Shown here piece after piece: positions 1 to 8,900 of a stretch of 59,728 nt of DNA (its first letter is position 1; each line of letters starts with the position of its first letter). Made by a program: the position numbers and the translations under genes. The notes beneath the pieces were generated by a model. The model made no database searches and was not told where the DNA came from. It saw only the letters and a program-made list of their open reading frames with translations. The stretch comes from a virus (lineage: Duplodnaviria > Caudoviricetes). The stretch covers positions 1 through 59,728 of IMG/VR virus record IMGVR_UViG_3300046028_010391; one strand, written 5' to 3'.

Positions 1-2562
1 GTTTCATTTTTAGAAAGCGGTTCACAAAATTCAGCAATTTGGTTAGATGGTACAGACAATATGTTTGACATTTATGCCAACACAAGTCACGGTATAAGAC
101 TTAAAACCGGTGGCGACAATACTCGCTTGACCGTCACAAGTGGCGGTAACGTACTTATTGGAACTACTACGGACGCTGGTCAACTGCTTTATGTTAATGG
201 AACTTCTAGATTTAACTCAACCATTTTTAATGCTAGCCGACTTATGGTCGGAATCACATCTGATCAAACTTATGCCAGCATATTCGTGGCGGGTGATATA
301 ACTACTGGTAGTAACCAGTATGCGGTGTTATTAGACCCACAATTAAGCGGAACAACCAACTATGGTTTGCTTGCTAATGCTCGTATCAAAGCATCGCACG
401 CTGCAAGCATCGCTTATGGTGTATATATCGCTAACAATGAGATATTATCTGGTGCAAGCATAGTCAACAACTATGGATTATACATTGCTAATCAAACTAA
501 TGGCTCATCGCTAAACTATGCTTTGTACTCTGCAGGTGGAACCTCCTATTTTGCTGGTAGCGTAGGTATTGGTACTACTAGTCCATCAAATAAACTTTAC
601 GTTTCTGATACCGTAGAAGATTATGTAGCAGTAATTGAAAACCTTGGAACAGGAACAGCTAAAAACGGTTTATGGATTAAAACTGATAGTAGTTTTACTA
701 ATTCTACAGTTCTAAAAGTAACGGGTACAACTAGTGATTCTGAAACTCTTCAAGTAAACCCAGGTCAAGTAAGAATTGGACCCGGTAGCATAGGTCAGTT
801 TGACGGTACATTATTCTTAACTAGCTCAGCTGCTACAGTAGCAAACTTTGTAGCAAATAATAGTTCAGCTTTATTTATTTCCGGTTCAGGTAACATAGGT
901 ATTGGTACTACTAGTCCAACCTATACTTTAACAGTTGGTAAACAAGCAACATCTGATAATACAGACTATGCTATCGCAGTACTAAGACATGGAACTGGAG
1001 CAGCTCCAGGTTCATGGACTAGCCAACCTGCTATTTTAATAAGTGATCAAACAAACAATGGTCCTGGCACAGTAGATACTACAGGTTTATTTAGTATGCA
1101 GCTAGGTCGATTTGACTATACCGATACTGATGCAACTAATGCTAGTTTAATTAATATTACTTATGATGGAACAGTAGGTCCATTAAGAGTTGACGGTAAG
1201 GGTAATACATGGATCGGATACGATAGAGGTTCAGTACCTGTTAACACTGGTGCTTTTGGATTATTAGTACGAGGAGGTGCTTCTATCGGTAGTAATTATC
1301 AAGCTACTACTCCTCCTTCAAACGGAGCTATTATAGAGGGTAACGTAGGTATTGGTATTACTAGTTCATTCACAACTGGAGGTACAGCTAAACTATCAAT
1401 ATTAGGATCTTCAGTCATGCTTACTATGGGTGCTAGTACATCTGATTTAATGTACTTCCGTCAAGCAGGAGCCGGTGAATACCAAATTCAAACTAATAAC
1501 GGAGGAAATGACGGTAACATCCAACTTCAACCTTATGGAGGTAAAGTAGGTATTGGTACTACTACTCCACTAGCTAAACTACACGTATCAGGTGCTGCGG
1601 TTGATGATATAGGTTTATCTGTATTCCAAAACTCAGTTAACGGATTAGGAGTTTATTACCCAGCAGCTAGTTTTATTAACGTTAATGGAAATCACAGTTA
1701 TGGAATTGTAGCTGAATTTAAAACAGATAATGCTGGTACTAACGATAGACCTTCTATTTTGTTTTATGGAGCTCAAACAACTTCAAGTTGGCAAATAGGT
1801 CAAGGAAATTCACAATGGGGTACTGCTGATGCTTTTATGATAGGATACAGAGCATCAAATACCCCATCAACCTTTAGTGATTGGCCTTCTTCTTATTTTA
1901 CTGTTTTAACAGGTGGTAACGTAGGTATTGGTACTACTACCCCAAACCAGAAATTAAGTGTTGAAGGTGGTAACATTCAGCTTAATGCTAATAATGCAGC
2001 AGCTAATTATTACTTATATTTAAACAAGAAAAGCGGTCAAGATGGTGGTATATTATTTAATAGAGATAACGCTAATGATTGGCAATTAACAAACGGTGCT
2101 GGGAATGGAGATTTAATTTTTTATTCTTATGGAATCAGTAATGATGCAGTAACATTTAAAAGAGCAACAGGTAACGTAGGTATTGGAACAACCTCACCAT
2201 CATACAAACTCCAAGTCTCAGGCGCAATTGCAATAGAGAATCAAGGTACAACAACTATTGAAACAACAACCTTCTCAGGTTCACTTACCACAAACACAAA
2301 CATTGCTTCTGTTCCAACAGCATCCTTTAAAGCAGCATTCTTTGATTACTATGTTGCCTCGGGTTCAGTAAACATGAGAGCCGGAACAGTAATGGCAGTA
2401 CACAACAATTCAACCTCACGATACACAGACACAAGTACAGCCGATATCGGTACTACAGCGGCCGTAGATTTCTCAACATCTATTGTAGCCGGTAGTTTAG
2501 TATTAACAGCAAACATCTCAAGCGGAACTTGGGAAGTAAAAACAGCATATAGAGCATTATAA
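1..2562 (+). CDS. Tail fibre / receptor-binding protein, 5'-truncated by the window edge
   Basis: Frame is open from base 1 (VSFLESGSQNSAIWLDGTDN before the Met at 61). Seven GNVGIGTTxP-type repeats separate variable beta-rich modules. Lies next to neck genes. Confidence 0.8.
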   Translation, partial: VSFLESGSQNSAIWLDGTDNMFDIYANTSHGIRLKTGGDNTRLTVTSGGNVLIGTTTDAGQLLYVNGTSRFNSTIFNASRLMVGITSDQTYASIFVAGDITTGSNQYAVLLDPQLSGTTNYGLLANARIKASHAASIAYGVYIANNEILSGASIVNNYGLYIANQTNGSSLNYALYSAGGTSYFAGSVGIGTTSPSNKLYVSDTVEDYVAVIENLGTGTAKNGLWIKTDSSFTNSTVLKVTGTTSDSETLQVNPGQVRIGPGSIGQFDGTLFLTSSAATVANFVANNSSALFISGSGNIGIGTTSPTYTLTVGKQATSDNTDYAIAVLRHGTGAAPGSWTSQPAILISDQTNNGPGTVDTTGLFSMQLGRFDYTDTDATNASLINITYDGTVGPLRVDGKGNTWIGYDRGSVPVNTGAFGLLVRGGASIGSNYQATTPPSNGAIIEGNVGIGITSSFTTGGTAKLSILGSSVMLTMGASTSDLMYFRQAGAGEYQIQTNNGGNDGNIQLQPYGGKVGIGTTTPLAKLHVSGAAVDDIGLSVFQNSVNGLGVYYPAASFINVNGNHSYGIVAEFKTDNAGTNDRPSILFYGAQTTSSWQIGQGNSQWGTADAFMIGYRASNTPSTFSDWPSSYFTVLTGGNVGIGTTTPNQKLSVEGGNIQLNANNAAANYYLYLNKKSGQDGGILFNRDNANDWQLTNGAGNGDLIFYSYGISNDAVTFKRATGNVGIGTTSPSYKLQVSGAIAIENQGTTTIETTTFSGSLTTNTNIASVPTASFKAAFFDYYVASGSVNMRAGTVMAVHNNSTSRYTDTSTADIGTTAAVDFSTSIVAGSLVLTANISSGTWEVKTAYRAL
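142..2199 (+). repeat. Dispersed GGTAACGTAGGTATTGGTACTACT-like repeats (GNVGIGTT motif)
   Basis: Copies near 142, 556, 889, 1339, 1540, 1915 and 2170, conserved at DNA level, plus a diverged copy near 2608 in the next gene. Confidence 0.85.
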
Positions 2563-2574
2563 TAAAACATAGTT

Positions 2575-3132
2575 ATGGCAACAGATTACGATTTTATAGT
2601 TAGAAAAGGAAATTTAGGGGTTGGAACAGCAACTCCCGGAACTAAACTTCATGTATCCGGAGCAATTTCCGGTTCATCAATTAATTTTGGACAAACTACT
2701 TTAAATTTTTATGAAGAAGGTGTTTGGACTCCTTCTCTTGATACCACTAATAATAATTTAGGTACTGTAAACTACACTACTGATCCAGTTGGACTTTATA
2801 CTCGTATTGGAAATGTAGTTCACGCTTGGTTTGATATTGAGGTAAATGATATTACTTTAAGTGCAAACACAGGTACTGGAACTATTGATGATTTACCATA
2901 TGCTTCAAACTCAAGTATTGGAGTATTTTCCTCTTTAATAATCACTGAAGGAGGTTTATTAGGTGCAGGTGCAGCAGGTACTCAAGTTAAAGGATATATT
3001 GTTGGTGGTGAAAGTAGAATTATTATAGATTATTATGATTCTGGTGCTAATGGTTTTGGGTTAAATGGTAGATCTTTATACAATGCTGTAAATGGAGGTG
3101 TACTTTCTGGTTATATAACATATCAAGTTTAA
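2575..3132 (+). CDS. Tail-fibre-associated protein
   Basis: N-terminal GNLGVGTATP motif, then YEEGVWTP...YTRIGNVVH, typical of phage fibre C-terminal domains. GTTATG start context. Confidence 0.65.
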   Translation: MATDYDFIVRKGNLGVGTATPGTKLHVSGAISGSSINFGQTTLNFYEEGVWTPSLDTTNNNLGTVNYTTDPVGLYTRIGNVVHAWFDIEVNDITLSANTGTGTIDDLPYASNSSIGVFSSLIITEGGLLGAGAAGTQVKGYIVGGESRIIIDYYDSGANGFGLNGRSLYNAVNGGVLSGYITYQV

Positions 3133-3134
3133 TT

Positions 3135-3314
3135 ATGATCTACAGAATATTTATGCAGTTTATTCCGGGTTTAGATGATATTTGGGTAGCACAACTAGAA
3201 TCAGACGATCCGATTTACGATTACGATAATTTAGAGGAAGCAGAATTAAAAGCTGCTGAATTGCAAGCTAACGATCCAACAGGAAGACAATACAAAGTAG
3301 AACAGATAGGGTAG
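3135..3314 (+). CDS. Small hypothetical protein (59 aa), possibly fibre assembly
   Basis: Read by hand, absent from the ORF track: MIYRIFMQFIPGLDDIWVAQ...RQYKVEQIG-stop. Fills the gap between neighbours. Confidence 0.65.
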   Translation: MIYRIFMQFIPGLDDIWVAQLESDDPIYDYDNLEEAELKAAELQANDPTGRQYKVEQIG

Positions 3315-3334
3315 GACAGTTGCTTTCTTTTTTA

Positions 3335-3343
3335 ATATTTATA
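3335..3343 (+). promoter_or_regulatory. Putative late promoter ATATTTATA
   Basis: Motif recurs just upstream of structural genes. Confidence 0.7.
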
Positions 3344-3353
3344 AATAAAAAGT

Positions 3354-4550
3354 ATGGCAAACGTTCCTATTTGGCCTGGCTCATCATCATTTTTCCCTGG
3401 AGATACGCCTTTTGGTTTTTACGATAATCAATATGATTTCCAAGTTGATGCTGATAAAGTAGCAAAGTTCTGTGCTATTCGTTTAGGTTACCCTATCGAA
3501 AACGTAGAACTGCAAGCTGTAAACTTTTACACTGCTTTTGAAGAAGCAACTACAGTTTACGGCAACGAATTATACGCATATCAATTAAGAGATAACTATT
3601 TATCTTTAGAAGGTGTAACACAATCTATTGATGTTAACGACAGTATCATCACACCTTCAATGGCAAACATTGTTAGACTGTCTCAACAGTATGGTGAGGA
3701 AGCAGGAGCTGGTGGTAACGTAACTTGGCTTAAAGGTCAATTAATGCTTACAGCATCTGTTCAACAATATGACCTAAAAGCATGGGCCATTGAAAATGGA
3801 ATTTCAGGCGGTATAGAAATTAAAAACGTTTGGTATCAACCACCTCCAGCAATTAACCAATTATATTCTCCCTACATGTTAGGTCAAGGTGGAGGTGCTG
3901 GTTTAGGAGGTGTTCCTGCAGCTGGTGTTTATGGCTTTGGATATGGATACTCTAACTATCTTATGATGCCTACAAGTTACACAATGCAGAATCTTCAAGC
4001 AATTGAAATGCAAAACACTGTAACTTTATCTAACTATACCTTTAATATTATAAATAATATTATTACAGTATTCCCAGTACCTGGTACTGGAATGGGTGAT
4101 GGTGATTTTGATGGGGCAGACGGTTTAGGATATGGTGAAATCTTAGTATTCGACTTTATTAAAGTAGAAGACAGATTAAACTCAGCTGTAACAAATGGTA
4201 TAGGAAAAATTTCAAACGCCTCAAACGTTCCATACACTAACCCTAACTATAACGATATTAACTCTGTAGGTAGATCTTGGATATTTGAATACACATTAGC
4301 ATTATCTAAAGAAATGTTAGGTTACACTCGTAACAAATATTCTTCAATACCAATTCCAGGGGCAGAAGTAACATTAAATGGTGATACATTAGTTACAGCT
4401 GCTACTACAGAAAAAGAAAATTTAATTACAAGATTAAGAGAATATTTTGATTCAACATCTCGTCAAGCATTATTAGAAAGAAGATCAGCAGAATCTACTG
4501 CAAGACAAAATGAATTGAATCAATCACCAATGACAATCTTTATAGGATAA
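3354..4550 (+). CDS. Neck protein (T4 gp13-like)
   Basis: C-terminal WIFEYTLALSKEMLG...KYSSIPIPGAEVTLNG resembles the gp13 motif. Gene order fits. Confidence 0.75.
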   Translation: MANVPIWPGSSSFFPGDTPFGFYDNQYDFQVDADKVAKFCAIRLGYPIENVELQAVNFYTAFEEATTVYGNELYAYQLRDNYLSLEGVTQSIDVNDSIITPSMANIVRLSQQYGEEAGAGGNVTWLKGQLMLTASVQQYDLKAWAIENGISGGIEIKNVWYQPPPAINQLYSPYMLGQGGGAGLGGVPAAGVYGFGYGYSNYLMMPTSYTMQNLQAIEMQNTVTLSNYTFNIINNIITVFPVPGTGMGDGDFDGADGLGYGEILVFDFIKVEDRLNSAVTNGIGKISNASNVPYTNPNYNDINSVGRSWIFEYTLALSKEMLGYTRNKYSSIPIPGAEVTLNGDTLVTAATTEKENLITRLREYFDSTSRQALLERRSAESTARQNELNQSPMTIFIG

Positions 4551-5071
4551 TGGCACTATTTGGACAAGCTAGAGATATTTCAATGTTTAGATACATCAAC
4601 CGCGAGTTGATGCAAAACATTATTTCTCAACAAGTAGTATTTTATAAAGTAAACCTTACAGAAACAAAAACAAATATGTATGGTGAGGCAAATATGGGAA
4701 GAGTATTTCAACAACCTTTACTTATATATGCTTTAATCGAAACCAGCAATTTTGAAAACCCAGTTGATGATTTTGGTGTTGACTTTAAATGGAGTGTTCA
4801 ATATAGATTCTTACGAGATGATTTAGTTGACGCTAATGTTCAACCTGAGGTAGGTGACTTTATAATGTTCCAAAATGGATATTGGGAAATTGACAACGTA
4901 AACACAAGTCAATTCTTTGTAGGTAAAGATCCTGCTTATCCATATACGGATGCTAATAATGTTAACCCATTAGAAACTGATTTGAATGAGTTTGGTTACA
5001 ATGTAAGTGTAATATGTGATGCTCACTATGTACCTGCTGATCGTGTTGGAATTGTTAATCAAAGAATATAA
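4550..5071 (+). CDS. Neck / head-completion protein (gp14-like)
   Basis: Lies between gp13-like and gp15-like genes. NMYGE and PEVGDFI motifs. Confidence 0.55.
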   Translation: MALFGQARDISMFRYINRELMQNIISQQVVFYKVNLTETKTNMYGEANMGRVFQQPLLIYALIETSNFENPVDDFGVDFKWSVQYRFLRDDLVDANVQPEVGDFIMFQNGYWEIDNVNTSQFFVGKDPAYPYTDANNVNPLETDLNEFGYNVSVICDAHYVPADRVGIVNQRI

Positions 5072-5913
5072 TGGCTACTAGAAAACCGACTCCAAAAACC
5101 CAAAAAGAGATAAGCTTATCTCAACATAAGGCAACTGCTCCTGAATGGGGAAATCCAAACGATAGATTAAAGCCAAATCGCTCACAACAGGTATCGTGGA
5201 AAGGAGATGATGTAAAACCATTTAGCGTTGGTATTCAAGACATTGATGAAGCCGTTTTTTATTATTTTAATGAAGTAATTAAACCTTCAGTATTGCAAAA
5301 TGGTGAACGTTTACCTGTTCCCGTAATTTATGGTTCTCCTGAAAAATGGAAATCATATCAAAGAGATGGATTTTACCGAGATATAAAAGGTAAAATTATG
5401 GCACCTCTTATCATGTTCAAAAGAACAGATATTACAAAAAACAGAACTATTACAAACAAGTTAGACGCTAACAACCCAAACAACTATAGTGTTTCTAAAA
5501 AAAGCTATGACGCACGAAACGAATATAGTCAATTTAACGTATTAAATAACCGAACTCCTGAAATTCAATACTACGCCACAGTTGTGCCTGATTATGTTAC
5601 TATAACGTATACATGCGCGGCATTTACGTACTATGTTGAGCAACTAAACAAAATAGTTGAGGCAATTGAATATGCTTCCGATGCATACTGGGGTAATCCT
5701 GAAAGATACCAATTTAAAACAATGATCGATTCTTTTGGTTTTCAAACCGAACTAACTAACAACGACGAACGTATTATTAGAAGTACATTCGATTTAAGAA
5801 TTAACGGCTACATCATTCCAGACACATTACAGAAAGATGTAACAGCTATATCGAAATTCTCAAACACAACTCAGGTATTGATATCAGAAACTACTGTAAA
5901 TAAGCTGCCTTAA
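5071..5913 (+). CDS. Tail terminator / sheath stabiliser (gp15-like)
   Basis: VPVIYGSPEKW motif and synteny. Confidence 0.65.
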   Translation: MATRKPTPKTQKEISLSQHKATAPEWGNPNDRLKPNRSQQVSWKGDDVKPFSVGIQDIDEAVFYYFNEVIKPSVLQNGERLPVPVIYGSPEKWKSYQRDGFYRDIKGKIMAPLIMFKRTDITKNRTITNKLDANNPNNYSVSKKSYDARNEYSQFNVLNNRTPEIQYYATVVPDYVTITYTCAAFTYYVEQLNKIVEAIEYASDAYWGNPERYQFKTMIDSFGFQTELTNNDERIIRSTFDLRINGYIIPDTLQKDVTAISKFSNTTQVLISETTVNKLP

Positions 5914-5936
5914 CAGTTTTATCAATATAAGTTTTA

Positions 5937-5945
5937 ATATTTATA
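5937..5945 (+). promoter_or_regulatory. Putative late promoter ATATTTATA
   Basis: Recurrent motif, 17 nt upstream of the repeat-protein ATG. Confidence 0.7.
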
Positions 5946-5962
5946 AGAAACGTTTTTAAGGC

Positions 5963-8900
5963 ATGGCTGAAAACAGGTACAGTGGTAATAATCGATTAGA
6001 CAACCCAAACCAAGGTAGGGGTTTCTTTGATAGATCACTTGGCTTTAACAAATATAACTTACCTATCGTAACACAAGGATGGGAGGGATATGTCTTAACA
6101 ATTGATGATGAGGGTGTTGTATCGTTAGTTCAAGGAGGAGGCGGAGGAAGTGGTACAACAGGTACATCTGGTACATCAGGTACTAGCGGTACTTCAGGTT
6201 CTTCTGGTACATCAGGTATAACAGGTTCAAGTGGACAATCAGGTACAAATGGTACTTCAGGTGTAAATGGTACTTCAGGTACTTCAGGATCAACAGCAGG
6301 TACCTCAGGTACTTCTAGCTCATCTGGTACTTCTGGCACAAGTGGATCTTCTGGATCATCTGGTTCTTCAGGTAGTTCTGGTATAGAAGGTTCTTCAGGT
6401 ACAAGTGGAGGTACAAGCGGTACTTCTGGTAGCTCAGCAAGTGCTGGTTCTTCAGGTACAGCAGGTACAAGTGGATCTTCAGGTTCATCTGGTTCAGCGG
6501 GTGCTGGTGGTAATAGTGGTCAATCTGCAACTTCAGGTACAAGTGGAACATCAGGTTCTTCTGGTACAAGTGGTTTAACCTCATCGTCTGGTTCATCTGG
6601 TACATCTGGCTCTTCAGGTAGTTCAGGTTCAAATGGATCTTCTGGTATAGCAGGAAATAGTGGTCAAAGTGCTACCTCAGGAACATCAGGTTCTTCTGGT
6701 AGTACAGGTACTTCAGGTTTAGCGGCATCTTCTGGTAGTTCAGGTTCATCTGGTTCTAGTGGTAGTAGTGGTTCAAATGGTGTTTCTGGTAACAGCGGTC
6801 AATCAGCAACTTCAGGCACAAGCGGTAGCTCAGGTTCATCTGGTACCTCAGGTTTAACTGGTTCATCAGGTTCAAGTGGTACTTCAGGTTCATCAGGATC
6901 TAGTGGTTCGAATGGATCATCAGGTATTGCTGGAAATTCAGGACAAAGTGCAACTTCAGGTACTTCAGGTTCATCAGGTTCATCAGGTACTTCAGGTTTA
7001 GTAGGTTCGTCAGGCACTTCAGGCACTTCAGGATCTTCTGGTAGCTCAGGTTCAAATGGATCATCAGGTATTGCTGGAAATTCAGGACAAAGTGCAACTT
7101 CTGGTACTTCAGGTTCAAGTGGAAGTACAGGTACTTCAGGTTTAGTAGGTTCGTCAGGTACTTCAGGTTCATCAGGTAGCTCAGGAAGTTCAGGATCAAA
7201 CGGATCTTCTGGTGTATCAGGAAATAGTGGTCAAAGTGCAACCTCAGGTACAAGCGGTAGCTCAGGCAGTTCAGGTACTTCAGGTTTAGTAGGTTCAAGT
7301 GGTACTTCAGGTTCATCAGGTAGTTCAGGTACATCTGGAACAAGTGGTTCTTCAGGTGTAAACGGAAACTCAGGACAAAGTGCAACCTCAGGTACAAGTG
7401 GAAGTTCAGGTTCAACTGGTACTTCAGGTTTATCTGGATCAAGTGGTTCAGCAGGAACTTCAGGCACAAGCGGAACATCAGGTTCATCAGGTAGTTCAGG
7501 TTCATCTGGTGCAAACGGTAATAGTGGTCAAAGCGCCACTTCTGGTACTTCAGGTTCAAGTGGAAGTACAGGCACTTCAGGTTTATCTGGTATTTCAGGA
7601 TCTTCAGGCACAAATGGCACTTCAGGTACATCAGGTTCAAACGGAACAAATGGTAACTCTGGTAATAGTGGTCAATCTGCTACTTCTGGAACATCTGGTT
7701 CAAGTGGAAGCTCAGGTACTTCAGGTTTAGCCGGTAATTCTGGTACATCAGGTACTTCAGGTACATCTGGTGTTTCAGGTAGTGCAGGAACTTCAGGTAG
7801 TTCAGGTACATCAGGTACAAATGGTACTGCAGGAACTAGCGGTACATCAGATTCTTCAGGAACATCAGGTTCGTCAGGAACTTCAGGTACAGCAGGTACC
7901 TCTGGAAGTTCAGGCACAAGCGGAAGCTCAGGTAGTTCTGGTACCTCAGGTCTAGCAGGTGCTAGTGGTATATCAAATACAAGTGGTACAAGCGGTACTT
8001 CTGGTTCTTCTGGTACAAGTGGTTCAAGCGGTTCATCAGGAACTAGTGGTACTTCTGGTTCTTCAGGAACAAGTGGTAGTTCAGGAACTTCAGGTTCATC
8101 TGGAACATCTAACTCAAGTGGAACTAGTGGAAGTTCAGGTTCATCTGGTTCAACAGGTACAAATGGTACTTCAGGTGCCTCAGCAACTTCAGGTACAAGC
8201 GGTACTTCAGGATCCTCAGGATCAAATGGTGCTGCCGGTAATAGCGGTCAAAGTTCAACTTCAGGTACTTCAGGAAGCTCAGGTTCAACTGGTACTTCAG
8301 GTTTAGCAGCATCTTCTGGTACAGCAGGTACATCTGGTACATCAGGTACAAATGGCACTTCAGGTACTTCAGGTACAAGCGGTTCTTCAGGCACAAGCGG
8401 TGCTGCAGGAACTTCAGGTACAAACGGTACCTCAGGTACAAGCGGATCTTCTGGTACAAACGGTACAGCAGGAACTAGTGGTACAAGTGGTACTTCAGGT
8501 AGTTCAGGTACTTCAGGTATTGCCGGTGCAGCAGGTGCTTCAGCAGTAAGTGCTACTTCTGGTACTTCAGGTACATCTGGATCTTCAGGTACAGCAGGTA
8601 CATCAGGTTCAGCAGGTACAAGTGGAACTTCAGGTACTTCAGGTACAAATGGTACTTCAGGTACATCTGGATCTTCAGGTTCAAGTGGTGCATCTGGTAA
8701 TAGCGGTCAATCAGCAACTTCAGGCACAAGCGGAAGTTCTGGTTCAACTGGTACTTCAGGTTTATCAGGTAATGCTGGATCTTCTGGTACAAGCGGAACA
8801 AGTGGAACAAGTGGTTCTTCTGGTACAAACGGTACTTCAGGAGCAGCTGGTTCTTCAGGTACAAATGGTACATCTGGTACTTCAGGTAGTTCAGGCACAA

